The notes beneath the pieces are model-generated. The model did not search any database and was not told where the DNA came from. It worked only from the letters and a program-made list of their open reading frames with translations. DNA of 64,000 bases from an uncultured Actinomycetota bacterium (GTDB lineage Bacteria > Actinomycetota > Nitriliruptoria > Nitriliruptorales > Nitriliruptoraceae). The translations under genes were made by a program, and so were the position numbers. The stretch spans positions 19,796 to 83,795 of the forward strand of contig CAYVJT010000001.1 in the NCBI GenBank assembly GCA_964451855.1. The letters are read 5' to 3'. Positions 26,942 to 36,540 of the stretch are shown piece after piece. Position 1 is the first letter of the stretch, and every line of letters begins with the position of its first letter.

Positions 26942-28246
26942 TCAGTTGATGAGGGCGCGGATCTGGTCCGCCGCGTCCTCGAACGCCGCGTCGGGTTCCA
27001 TGTCCCCTTCGTAGATCAGCGTGTAGGCGTTGGTCCAAGCCTCCCAGACCGAGGCCATCTCCGGGATGGCCGGCATCGGGACGCCGTCGACACCCGCTTC
27101 ACCGAAGGCCTCGATGTTCGGGTCGTCGGCGACCTGCTCGAAGGCCGAGATCAGCGCCGGGGGACGGTTGCCGGCCTCGAACAGGGCGACCTGCGCCTCG
27201 TCGGTGGCCATGAAGTCCAGCAGGAAGGTCTGGGCGAGCAGTTCGTTCTCGGCGAACGCGCTGACCATGAAGCCCTGGACGCCAACGAACGGGGCGGGGG
27301 TGCCGCCCTCGACCGTCGGGATCGGGCTCACCTCGAACGGGACGTCGGGGAAGTCGCCCAGTGCCCACGGTCCGGTGATCGCGAAGGCCGCGTCACCGGT
27401 GCTGAACAGGTCGATCATCAGCTGGTAGGAGATGTCGGCGGACATGACGCCGGTGTCGATCATCTCGGCGAACTTGTTGGCCGCTTCGAGCGCGCCGGGG
27501 CTGTCGATGCCGAGGTCGCTCGGGTCGTAGGTGCCGTCGTCCTCCATGCCGAAGACGTAGCCGCCGTAGGCGGTCACGATCGGGTAGTTGTGGTAGGGGT
27601 CGGCGGGCTCGGAGGGCCAGACGATGCCCTGACGGACGTCACCGGCCTCCTGCAGGCTCAGGGCGGTCTCCTCGACCTCTTCCCAGGTGGCAGGGGCATC
27701 GGGGACCAGGTCGGTGTTGCGGAACAGGCCGACGTTCTCGGTCGCGTAGGGCAGCCCGTAGGTCTGGCCGTCGAACGTGAACGCCTGGACCGCAACCTCG
27801 ACGAGGTCATCCTCGACGCCGGTGAGGTCGACGGGGGCGACCACGCCGTTCTCGACGAGTTCACCGAGCCAGTCGTGTGCGCCGATGATGATGTCGGGAC
27901 CCTCGCCGGCGGGGCCGGCGGTGATCAGGCGATCGCGGATGTCGTCGAAGGAGACCTCCTGGAGGGCCACCTCGACCTCGTTCTCGGCGCCGAACTCCTC
28001 GGCGAACGACTGCAGCACGGGGACGCGCGTGTCATCCGCCCAGATCACGAGGTCGGCGTCGGCGCGGACGACCGGTGCCTCCTCGTCCTCGACGGCCTCG
28101 TCATCGACGGGCTCCTCGTCGGGGTCTTCAGCGGGCTCCTCGACGGGAGCTTCTACGGGCTCCTCCACGGGCTCCTCACCGTTGCACGCGGTGAGCACGA
28201 GCGCGATGGCTGGCACGATGGCGAGCCACTTCCTCCACTTGGTCAT
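26942..28246 (-). CDS. malE: Maltose/maltodextrin-type extracellular solute-binding lipoprotein (MalE-like)
   Basis: ATG 28246 follows AGGAGA. Signal MTKWRKWLAIVPAIALVLTAC, then an acidic linker. Family-1 SBP core (LVIWADD.., GPDIIIGAHDW). Confidence 0.9.
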   Translation of the reverse strand: MTKWRKWLAIVPAIALVLTACNGEEPVEEPVEAPVEEPAEDPDEEPVDDEAVEDEEAPVVRADADLVIWADDTRVPVLQSFAEEFGAENEVEVALQEVSFDDIRDRLITAGPAGEGPDIIIGAHDWLGELVENGVVAPVDLTGVEDDLVEVAVQAFTFDGQTYGLPYATENVGLFRNTDLVPDAPATWEEVEETALSLQEAGDVRQGIVWPSEPADPYHNYPIVTAYGGYVFGMEDDGTYDPSDLGIDSPGALEAANKFAEMIDTGVMSADISYQLMIDLFSTGDAAFAITGPWALGDFPDVPFEVSPIPTVEGGTPAPFVGVQGFMVSAFAENELLAQTFLLDFMATDEAQVALFEAGNRPPALISAFEQVADDPNIEAFGEAGVDGVPMPAIPEMASVWEAWTNAYTLIYEGDMEPDAAFEDAADQIRALIN

Positions 28247-28476
28247 GGCGTTGGTTCTCCTGATGGGGACGCGATCTGGATCAGCGACCCTCGCGGACGA
28301 GGACCGCTCGGGGAACCGTTCGCGGGCACGATCCCCCGTGCACGGCCGGCGGCTCGATCTCGGGGAGGCTGCTCCGCCGATGCCAGCTGAGCCCACGGTA
28401 GCAATTCTTTCCATCACCAGCAACGCTTTTCCTCGCTTATCGCCCATTCGGGACCAAATACCGGCATAGACCGGGA

Positions 28477-28490
28477 CTTTCGGACGAAAG
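28477..28490. promoter_or_regulatory. Inverted repeat CTTTCG-GA-CGAAAG, a candidate LacI-family operator
   Basis: Perfect 6-bp arms about 40 nt upstream of the LacI-family gene start, within the malE/lacI divergent region. Confidence 0.3.
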
Positions 28491-28530
28491 AAGTTGCAAC
28501 CCGTCCGTAGCGGTCGGCTATGCTGCGGGC

Positions 28531-29577
28531 ATGAAACCCCGGCTACGTCACGTCGCGGAGAGGGCCGGCGTCAGCCAGGCCACGGTCAGTCGTGTGCTCA
28601 ACGACCGTCCCGGGGTCTCCGAGGCCACCCGCCACGAGGTGCGCCGTGCGATGGATGCGCTCGGCTACGAGCCGACCGGGCTGCGGCAACGCTCGCGGCG
28701 GCCGATGATCGGGCTGATCATCCCGGAGCTCGACAACCCCTCCTTCCCCCGGTTCGCCCAGGCGATCGAGACGCGCCTCGTCGGGTTGGGGCTCAGCACG
28801 GTGCTGTGCACGTCGACACCGGCAGGGCTCAGCCAGTCCGAGTACCTCAACGTCCTGATCGAACACGGCGTGGCGGGGGTGATCGTCGTCTCCGGTGACA
28901 CCGCCGACGACACCGCCGATCACAGCCACTACCTCGACGTCGTCGAGCGGGGGATCCCGGTGGTCGTGGTGAACGGCTGCGCGCCCGACCTCGAGCTGCC
29001 CGCGGTGACCGTCGACCACGTCGGTGCTGCCCGCCAGGCCGTCGCGCACCTGGTCTCGCTGGGCCACACCCGCATCGGTCTGGCGACGGGCCCGTCGCGC
29101 TACGTGCCGAGCCAGGAGTTCGCGACCGGCTACGAGCTCGGGCTGCGTGACGGCGGTCTGAGCCAACACGCGGTGATGAGCGAGACGCTCTACAGCCTCG
29201 AGGGGGGCCACGCCGCCGGGCTGGAGCTGATGGACCTCGGCGTCACCGGCATCGTCACCGCCAGCGACATGCTGGCGCTCGGCATCGTGCGGGCCGCGCG
29301 GGAACTCGGGCTGACCGTCCCGGGGCAGGTCTCGGTCGTCGGCTTCGACGACGCCGGACCCAACGCCTACGTCGACCCGCCGCTGACGTCGTCGCGGCAG
29401 CCATTCGGGAAGATGGCCGGGGCGATCGTGCGCATGCTCCACGACCGTCTCGACGATCCCGGCGGCCCGGCCACCGAGCTGCGCTTCCATGCGGAGCTCG
29501 TGGTCAGGTCATCGACCGGCCCCGCGCCCCCTTCGCTATCTGCCACCGACGTCCAGGCCGGGACCGCGGAGGCCTGA
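28531..29577 (+). CDS. LacI-family transcriptional regulator
   Basis: HTH LRHVAERAGVSQATVSRVLN, plus a periplasmic-binding-protein-like sugar-binding core. Confidence 0.92.
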   Translation: MKPRLRHVAERAGVSQATVSRVLNDRPGVSEATRHEVRRAMDALGYEPTGLRQRSRRPMIGLIIPELDNPSFPRFAQAIETRLVGLGLSTVLCTSTPAGLSQSEYLNVLIEHGVAGVIVVSGDTADDTADHSHYLDVVERGIPVVVVNGCAPDLELPAVTVDHVGAARQAVAHLVSLGHTRIGLATGPSRYVPSQEFATGYELGLRDGGLSQHAVMSETLYSLEGGHAAGLELMDLGVTGIVTASDMLALGIVRAARELGLTVPGQVSVVGFDDAGPNAYVDPPLTSSRQPFGKMAGAIVRMLHDRLDDPGGPATELRFHAELVVRSSTGPAPPSLSATDVQAGTAEA

Positions 29578-29641
29578 GCTGGTGACGCTCGACCTCCCCC
29601 ATCACGAGGGTTCGCCGGCGTACGTCTCACCCCTCACGTCC

Positions 29642-31657
29642 ATGGAGGCCGCCGTGCCCGACCGCACCACCCCGAAGGCGACAGCGGCGCCCGGTAGCCC
29701 GATCGAACGACCTCGCGACGACGTTGCCAACGCTGTCCTGGGCAACGGGTCGTTGCTCGTGACCGTGTCCCGCCGCGGTGAGGTGCAGCAGCTGACCTGG
29801 CCCCACCTCGACCACGCCTCGCAGCTGGGCGAGCTCCGACTCGGCCAGCTCGAGGGCGAGCGGATCGCGTGGCTCGACGAGCCGCAGCTGACGTCGTCGC
29901 AACGGTTCGAGTCCGACGCGGACATCCTCGTGACCGACCTCGACCACGAGGTGGTGGTCACCGATGTCGTCGATCCTCGTGCCCCCGTCCTCCTACGCCA
30001 CGTCAGGGGACTCACCGGTCGGTTCGCCGTCTACGTCCGTCCTGAACTCGCGGGTTCCGCGCGCGCCGGTGGCGCCTACGTGGAGCCTTCGTCCGGGACG
30101 CTCGTGTTCCACCGGCGTGAGCACGTGCTGGCGGTGGCGATCGACGCTCCGGCCAGGGCTGCTGTCGCCGACCGTCACCGCGACGGATCGACGGCCGAGG
30201 AGCTCATCGGGGGTCGGCTGTACGGCGGCATCGTCCACGGCGTGGTCGATGGGGCGATCGTGACCGAGCACCCGGCACCGACGGTGACCGTCGCCTTCGC
30301 CTTCGCCACGGATCGCGGTGAGGCGGTTCGGCGGGCGCAGGCTGCCCTGCGTGACGGTCCCGGGGACATCCATCGAGCACGGCAGGCCGCCGACCGGGCC
30401 GTCCTCGACCAGGTGACCTCGCCGCTGGGTGGTGCCGAGGTGGCGGCGCTGGATCGTCGATCGCACCTGGTGTTCTCCTGTCTGAGCGACCGTCAGACGG
30501 GCGGGGTGCTCGCCGGTCCCGAGGTCGACCCGTGGTTCGAACGTTCCGGCGGGTACGGGTTCGTGTGGCCGCGCGACCTCGCCTTCATCCTGCTGGCGCT
30601 CCTCGCCTCAGGTCGCAGGGACCTCGCGCTCCCCGCCCTGCGTTGGCTCGTCGGTGCCCAGGGCGAGGATGGTCTCTGGCTGCAGCGCAACTGGACCGAC
30701 GGTCGCCTCGCTCCGTCGTGGGGGACCCAGCTCGACGAGACCGGTGCCGTGCTCGTGGCCTGTGAACAGGCGTGGCAGGCACTCGGCGACGAGAGGCTCG
30801 ACGCCGACCTGTGGCCGGCGATGGCGCGCGGCGCCGACGCGTTGGTCGCCACGCTCGACCCTGACACCGGTCTGCCGGCACCGTCGATGGACCTGTGGGA
30901 GGAGCGCGTCGGCGTCCACGCGTTCACGGCGGCTACGTCGTGCGCGGGACTGCGCGCTGCCGCGCTGACGGCGCAGCGCCATGACCCGGACCGCGCTGGG
31001 TCGTGGCGCGAGGCCGCGGAGCGCGTCCGTGCCGGGATCGACGAGCACCTGTGGAGCGAGACCCACGGCCGCTACCTCCGGTCGGTCGATGTCGCCCGCG
31101 AGGACGCTGCGGGAGCGCCGACCCCACCCTGCTACGACCTGCTCGACCACCCGGGCGCGCCCGTGGGCTCCGTCGACCCGGTCGACGAGGTCGTGGACGT
31201 ATCCCTGCTCGGGCTGGCCTACCCCTTCGGGGTCGTGGCCGCCGACGAGCCCCGGATGGCGGCGACGATCGACGCCGTCCGCACCCGACTCGCCACCCGT
31301 GACGACGGCCTGCTCCGCTACGAGGGCGACACCTACATCGGGGGCAACCCCTGGGTCCTCGCTCGGCTGTGGCTGGGGTTGACCCTACGTGCGCCAGGTG
31401 TCGACGTGCCGGCCGATGGGCTCGACCACGCGCTGCGGAGTGCTACCTCGACGTCGCTCCTGCCCGAGCAGGTGGACGAGCACACCGGCGCGCCGGTGTG
31501 GGTCGTGCCGCTGACCTGGAGCCACGCGATGTTCGTCCTCGCCTGCCGTCCCGACCCCGTCGGCCTACCCTCGGCGGTGAACCAGCGCGCAGGCGCCGGG
31601 AGGGCCCCACGTGAGCGATCGCATCCGCACCGTCGAGCTCGGCCAGTTCGAGGATGA
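29642..31657 (+). CDS. Glycoside hydrolase family 15 protein (glucoamylase / glucodextranase / trehalase-like)
   Basis: GNGSLLV..; GYGFVWPRDLAF; QLDETGAVL; DLWEER.GVHAFT. The alternative start is GTG 29582. Confidence 0.88.
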   Translation: MEAAVPDRTTPKATAAPGSPIERPRDDVANAVLGNGSLLVTVSRRGEVQQLTWPHLDHASQLGELRLGQLEGERIAWLDEPQLTSSQRFESDADILVTDLDHEVVVTDVVDPRAPVLLRHVRGLTGRFAVYVRPELAGSARAGGAYVEPSSGTLVFHRREHVLAVAIDAPARAAVADRHRDGSTAEELIGGRLYGGIVHGVVDGAIVTEHPAPTVTVAFAFATDRGEAVRRAQAALRDGPGDIHRARQAADRAVLDQVTSPLGGAEVAALDRRSHLVFSCLSDRQTGGVLAGPEVDPWFERSGGYGFVWPRDLAFILLALLASGRRDLALPALRWLVGAQGEDGLWLQRNWTDGRLAPSWGTQLDETGAVLVACEQAWQALGDERLDADLWPAMARGADALVATLDPDTGLPAPSMDLWEERVGVHAFTAATSCAGLRAAALTAQRHDPDRAGSWREAAERVRAGIDEHLWSETHGRYLRSVDVAREDAAGAPTPPCYDLLDHPGAPVGSVDPVDEVVDVSLLGLAYPFGVVAADEPRMAATIDAVRTRLATRDDGLLRYEGDTYIGGNPWVLARLWLGLTLRAPGVDVPADGLDHALRSATSTSLLPEQVDEHTGAPVWVVPLTWSHAMFVLACRPDPVGLPSAVNQRAGAGRAPRERSHPHRRARPVRG

Positions 31658-31832
31658 CAACGCGCACGCCGTGGCGCAGCAGCTCGAGGAGGCCGGGATC
31701 GTGTGGTGGTCCAAGACCTCTGGCCGGTTCGCGCGGACGCTGTTCGCCGGGGACTGGGGGACCCGGCTGTTCGTCGATGAGGCACGCCTCGGCGAGGCAC
31801 AGGCGATCGCCAGGGAGATCCTGCAGGCCTGA
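31611..31832 (+). CDS. Small hypothetical protein (73 aa); its start overlaps the last 47 nt of the GH15 ORF
   Basis: Balanced, globular-looking composition (MSDRIRTVELGQFEDDNAHAVAQQLEEAGIVWW..). I recognise no family for it. Confidence 0.4.
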   Translation: MSDRIRTVELGQFEDDNAHAVAQQLEEAGIVWWSKTSGRFARTLFAGDWGTRLFVDEARLGEAQAIAREILQA

Positions 31833-31873
31833 TCCGTGCCGCTGGAGTGCGGTCGGGCCGTCGTTGCGGTTGA

Positions 31874-33007
31874 TCAGCCGACCCGACCGAAGCCCCGCAG
31901 GTCGCTGCGCTGCATGGAACGGATCTCGACCGTGTAGCCGGACCGTGGTGAGTGCACGATCTGCCCGTTGCCGATGTACATGCCGACGTGGTGCACGGTG
32001 GGGGAGCCGGCGAACACGAGGTCGCCCGGCTGCAGCTCGGAGCGCGAGATGCTGCGCAGGTTCGCGAACTGCCCGCGCGAGGTCCGTGGGATCGAGACCC
32101 CGGCCTGTGCCCAGGCCCAGACCATCAGCCCGGAGCAGTCGAAGGAGTTCGGACCCGTCGCGCCCCAGCGGTAGGGCGAACCGAGCTTGGAGAGCGCCGC
32201 GTCCACCGCGACCTGCGCGTTCGCCCGCGGTGCGGGTGCGGAGGCCTGCTGGGTCTGCGCCGGCTGCTCCTCCTGCTGGGAGGTCTGCTGGGATTCCTGC
32301 TGCGCCGCCTGTGCCTGCAGTCGCTCCTGGCGACGCTGCTCGGCCGCGGCCCGTGCCGCGGCCTCCTCGGCGGCGCGACGCTCGGCCTCCTCGCGCTCGA
32401 TCGCGGCGGACAGGACGCCCTCGAGGTGGGAGACCTCGTCCTCCTGCTCGTCGATCGTGGCCTCGATCTCCTCCCGCCGCTCCGCGACCTCAGCGGTGAG
32501 GTCCTCCGCCCGCTCCAGCTCCTCGACCAGCCGCTCCTCGGCGGCTGACAACGAGGTGCGGGTGGCGGTCAGGCTCTGCAGGTCGGCCTGTTGTCCCGCG
32601 AGCGCCCGGCGGAGCACCGCGGCCTTGTCGCTCGCGGCGCTCGGGTCCGCGGCGCTCAGCAGGGTCGCCATCTCGACCGTCGGACCGAACTTGTGGAGCT
32701 GGCGGACGTGGCTCGCCGTGGTCGCGGTGAGCTGCTCGTCCTCCGCGCGGAGGTGCTCGAGCTCCTGGCGTGCCTCCGCGACGTGCGCCTCGGCCTGCTC
32801 CAGTTCCTCCTGGGCCTCGTTGTAGTCGTCGACCACCCCGTTGAACGCGGTCTCGAGCTCATCGAGCCGGTCCTGTGCCTGCTCCAGCATCGAGCGTGCC
32901 TCGTCGCTGCTGGGATCCGCGTCGGCCGTGGTCACCGTGACCGCCAGTAGCGACAGCGTGACCAGCAGGATCAGCGACGGACGGCGGACCAGCCAGGCTC
33001 GGGTCAC
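31874..33007 (-). CDS. Secreted NlpC/P60 peptidoglycan endopeptidase with N-terminal coiled-coil (RipA-like)
   Basis: Signal peptide, a long EAQ-rich coiled coil, and the C-terminal domain SPYRWGATGPNSFDCSGLMVWAW..HHVGMYIGNG..VHSP. Confidence 0.9.
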   Translation of the reverse strand: MTRAWLVRRPSLILLVTLSLLAVTVTTADADPSSDEARSMLEQAQDRLDELETAFNGVVDDYNEAQEELEQAEAHVAEARQELEHLRAEDEQLTATTASHVRQLHKFGPTVEMATLLSAADPSAASDKAAVLRRALAGQQADLQSLTATRTSLSAAEERLVEELERAEDLTAEVAERREEIEATIDEQEDEVSHLEGVLSAAIEREEAERRAAEEAAARAAAEQRRQERLQAQAAQQESQQTSQQEEQPAQTQQASAPAPRANAQVAVDAALSKLGSPYRWGATGPNSFDCSGLMVWAWAQAGVSIPRTSRGQFANLRSISRSELQPGDLVFAGSPTVHHVGMYIGNGQIVHSPRSGYTVEIRSMQRSDLRGFGRVG

Positions 33008-33287
33008 GGCGCCTCCAGGGTTGCGTGCGGTGGTGGGACGAACGGAGGTGGTGGTCGAACGAACGGAGGTGGTCGGAGCGCATCGGTGCCGGATCCGCGC
33101 GCGCCCCCGGAGCTAGGGCTGCGTCCCCGCTCCGCGCACAGGACCGCTGCGCAGGCTAGCCACCTCGCCGCGCGTGTGCGCGCGGACATCGTCCGAACGG
33201 CCACGTCCGCACGGGCGAACACCGGTCCGCAGACGGCCCGTCGCTAGGCTGGCGGCTCCCGCCCCCCACGTCCTCGAGGTCGCGCCG

Positions 33288-33920
33288 TTGTCCTGGTCTG
33301 CACGGCTCGCGGTCCTGATCTCGGGGAGCGGGTCGAACCTGCAGGCGTTGCTCGATGCGATCGCCGCCGATCCCGGGTTCGGCGGCGAGGTGGTGGTGGT
33401 CGGCGCCGATCGGCACGGCACCTACGGGCAGGACCGAGCCCGGACCGCGGGGATCCCGACCGTCGTCCAGGAACTCGACGCACATCCCGACCGGCCGACA
33501 TGGGAACGTGCGCTGCGACGCGACCTCGAAGCGCACGAGCCGGACATCATCGTGCTCGCCGGCTTCATGAAGGTGTTGACGGCCGAACTGCTCGATGGCT
33601 GGCCAGGGAAGGTGATCAACACCCACCCGTCGCTGTTGCCGGCGTTCCGGGGCGCCAAGGCCGTGCGTGACGCGCTGGAACACGGCGTGAAGGTCACCGG
33701 CTCGACGGTGCACCTGGTCGACGAACTGGTCGATCACGGACCCATCATCGCGCAGCGTGCCGTCGAGGTCCGTCCCGACGACACCGAGGAGACCCTGCAC
33801 GAACGCATCAGGGCCGTGGAGCACGAGCTGTTCCCGGCCTGTGTCCGTCTGCTGTGCCAGGACCGGGTGAGGGTCGAGGGTCGCATCGTCGCGATCGATC
33901 CCGAGCCCGGCTCCCCCTGA
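33288..33920 (+). CDS. purN: Phosphoribosylglycinamide formyltransferase (start uncertain, TTG 33288 proposed)
   Basis: RLAVLISGSGSNLQAL..; LAGFM.VL; INTHPSLLPAF.G; TGSTVHLVDE..D.GPII. Confidence 0.88.
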   Translation: MSWSARLAVLISGSGSNLQALLDAIAADPGFGGEVVVVGADRHGTYGQDRARTAGIPTVVQELDAHPDRPTWERALRRDLEAHEPDIIVLAGFMKVLTAELLDGWPGKVINTHPSLLPAFRGAKAVRDALEHGVKVTGSTVHLVDELVDHGPIIAQRAVEVRPDDTEETLHERIRAVEHELFPACVRLLCQDRVRVEGRIVAIDPEPGSP

Positions 33921-33942
33921 CACCGTCCCCGAGGAGGCCACC

Positions 33943-35478
33943 GTGACCGTCATCGCACCCGTCCGTCGCGCACTCGTCAGCTGCTTCGACAAGGCGGGGG
34001 TGGCCGAGTTCGCCGGCGCGCTCGCGGAGCGTGGTGTCGAGATCGTCTCCACCGGCTCGACCGCGGGGGTGATCCGTGACGCTGGGGTCAGCGTCGTCGA
34101 GGTGGCCGATCTCACGGGGTTCCCGGAGTGCCTGGGCGGCCGGGTCAAGACGCTGCATCCACGTGTGCACGCCGGGATCCTCGCGGACCGTCAGGATCCG
34201 GACCATGTGCAGCAGCTCGACGAGCTGGAGGTGGATCCGATCGACCTCGTCGTCGTGAACCTCTACCCCTTCCGGGAGACGGTGGCGTCAGGCGCGGCAA
34301 CGGCCGAGGTGATCGAGAAGATCGACATCGGCGGGCCGACGATGGTCCGCGCGGCCGCCAAGAACCACGCGAGCGTCGGGGTGGTCGTCGACCCGTCCGA
34401 CTACGACGCCGTGCTCGCCGATCTGGACGAGCACGAGGGGCTGACCGACGTCCTGCGCCGGCGCCTGGCGAGCCGCGCCTTCCAGCACACCGCGGCGTAC
34501 GACGCGGCCGTCGCAGGCTGGTTCCAGCGTGACGAGGCGTTCCCGGCGCAGCTGTCGTTGGCGCTGCCGAGGGCGGCCGAGCTGCGCTACGGCGAGAACC
34601 CGCACCAGGGTGCGGCGCTGTACACCCACGGCGAACCGGTCGGGTTGGCTGCCGCGGAGCAGCTGCACGGCAAGGAGCTGTCGTACAACAACCTGCTCGA
34701 CACCGACGCGGCGTGGGGGATGGCGGTCGATCTCGACGAGCCCTGCGTGGCGATCATCAAGCACACCAACCCAGCCGGGTACGCCGTCGCCGACGACCTG
34801 CCGACGGCCTACGACCGGGCCCTCGAGGGCGATCCGGTCAGCGCGTTCGGGGGCATCGTCGCCGCGAACCGGCGGGTGGACCGCCCCACCGCAGACCGGA
34901 TCGCCGAGGTGTTCACCGAGGTGGTGATCGCTCCCGGGTTCGACGACGACGCCCTCGAGGTGCTCCGCGGCAGGGCGAACCTGCGCCTGCTCTCGATGCC
35001 GTCCGCTGATCGGCCACCCCAGGGGTGGCAGCTCCGCAGCGTCTGGGGCGGGATGCTGGTCCAGCACGCCGACGTCGGCGACGAGCCATGGGACGACTGG
35101 GAGGTCGCCACCTCGGCGGAGCCTGACGACGCCACCCTGGCCGACCTGCGGTTCGCCTGGACGGCGTGCAAGCACACCAGGTCCAACGCGATCGTGCTCG
35201 CCAGGGATCGCCAGGTGGTCGGCGTCGGAGCGGGGCAGATGAGCCGGGTCGACAGCGTCCGGCTGGCCGTCGAACGGTCGGGGGAACGCCACACCGGTGC
35301 GGTGCTCGCGAGCGATGCCTTCTTCCCCTTCCGAGACGGCCCTGATGCCGCCGCGCGGGCCGGGGTGACCGCTATCGTCCAGCCCGGCGGCTCGAAGCGG
35401 GACGCGGAGGTCATCGCCGCGGCAGACGAACACGGCATCGCCATGGTGATGACGGGGCGGCGACACTTCCGCCACTGA
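33943..35478 (+). CDS. purH: Bifunctional AICAR transformylase / IMP cyclohydrolase
   Basis: [32 protein letters not shown]..; C-terminal [22 protein letters not shown] lies upstream of GTG 33943. Confidence 0.96.
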   Translation: MTVIAPVRRALVSCFDKAGVAEFAGALAERGVEIVSTGSTAGVIRDAGVSVVEVADLTGFPECLGGRVKTLHPRVHAGILADRQDPDHVQQLDELEVDPIDLVVVNLYPFRETVASGAATAEVIEKIDIGGPTMVRAAAKNHASVGVVVDPSDYDAVLADLDEHEGLTDVLRRRLASRAFQHTAAYDAAVAGWFQRDEAFPAQLSLALPRAAELRYGENPHQGAALYTHGEPVGLAAAEQLHGKELSYNNLLDTDAAWGMAVDLDEPCVAIIKHTNPAGYAVADDLPTAYDRALEGDPVSAFGGIVAANRRVDRPTADRIAEVFTEVVIAPGFDDDALEVLRGRANLRLLSMPSADRPPQGWQLRSVWGGMLVQHADVGDEPWDDWEVATSAEPDDATLADLRFAWTACKHTRSNAIVLARDRQVVGVGAGQMSRVDSVRLAVERSGERHTGAVLASDAFFPFRDGPDAAARAGVTAIVQPGGSKRDAEVIAAADEHGIAMVMTGRRHFRH

Positions 35479-35543
35479 CCGCAGCCAGCCACGCCGTGCC
35501 CGCGACGGGACGGCCGCCGCAGCCAGAGTCGGAAGGAAGCAGC

Positions 35544-36416
35544 ATGAGTGCACAGGTGATCGACGGCAAGGCCCTGGCCGAGGAGGTCCGAGCGAGGATC
35601 GCCACGGACGTGGCCCGTCTGACCGAGGAGCACGGCGTCGTGCCGGGTCTGGCCGCGGTGCTGGTCGGTGACGATCCCGCCTCCGAGGTGTACGTGGGCA
35701 TGAAGCACCGGGCCACCGAGAAGGTTGGCATGCACTCGCGCCAGGTCCGGTTGCCGGCAGACACGGCACAGGAGGAGCTCGAACGGCTCGTCACCGACCT
35801 GAACGAGGACGACGAGATCGACGGGATCCTCGTCCAGCTCCCGCTGCCGGACCACCTCGACCCGCGTCCGGTCCAGGAGCTGATCCTGCCCGACAAGGAC
35901 GTGGACGCGCTCAACCCCTACACCGCCGGGCGGCTGGCGGTCGGAGATCCGACGTTCCTGTCGTGCACCCCGTACGGCGTGCTGGAGATCCTCGAGCACG
36001 CCGGCGTGCAGGTCGCGGGCGCCAACGTGGTGATCGTGGGACGTTCGAACCTCGTCGGGCGCCCGCTGTCGGTGATGCTCACGCTCAAGGGACGCGACGC
36101 GACGGTCACCCTGGCGCACTCCCGCACGCGCGACCTCGCGGCGGTCTGTCGGGGCGCGGACGTGCTGATCGCCGCGGTGGGGGTGGCCGGGCTGATCACC
36201 GCCGACTACGTCTCGCCGGGGACGGTGGTCATCGACGTCGGGACCAACCGCAACGACGAGGGCAAGCTCATCGGCGACGTCGCCTTCGACGAGGTCGCGG
36301 AGGTCGCGTCGGCCATCACGCCGGTGCCGGGTGGTGTCGGGCCGATGACGGTCACGATGCTGCTGCAGAACACCCTCGAGGCGGCCCGGGCTCGTCGCGG
36401 GCTCCCTCGCCGCTGA
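35544..36416 (+). CDS. folD: Bifunctional methylenetetrahydrofolate dehydrogenase / methenyl-THF cyclohydrolase
   Basis: [25 protein letters not shown]; GILVQLPLP; [13 protein letters not shown]; [11 protein letters not shown]. Confidence 0.95.
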   Translation: MSAQVIDGKALAEEVRARIATDVARLTEEHGVVPGLAAVLVGDDPASEVYVGMKHRATEKVGMHSRQVRLPADTAQEELERLVTDLNEDDEIDGILVQLPLPDHLDPRPVQELILPDKDVDALNPYTAGRLAVGDPTFLSCTPYGVLEILEHAGVQVAGANVVIVGRSNLVGRPLSVMLTLKGRDATVTLAHSRTRDLAAVCRGADVLIAAVGVAGLITADYVSPGTVVIDVGTNRNDEGKLIGDVAFDEVAEVASAITPVPGGVGPMTVTMLLQNTLEAARARRGLPRR

Positions 36417-36540
36417 ACCCGGCTCTGCCGCGGTCGGGCCCTGCTGGTACCCGATCGTCTCCCGCCTCGATCGAGCTGCGGGGTCCGCGACCGCACTGAC
36501 TAGGCTCGGGGCCACCCCGCCGCTGCCCGCAGGAGCCGTC

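Noticed and set aside
33170-33290. Looked for a ZTP (pfl) riboswitch upstream of purN/purH/folD. The segment GUCGCUAGGCUGGCGG...CGCCGUUGUCCUGGUCUGCA loosely recalls GUCGUGACUGGCG...CCGCCUGGGCA.
   Set aside because: The spacing is wrong and both conserved boxes have several mismatches. The purN-purH (22 nt) and purH-folD (65 nt) gaps are too short for a riboswitch. Only a covariance-model search (Rfam RF01750) could rescue this idea.
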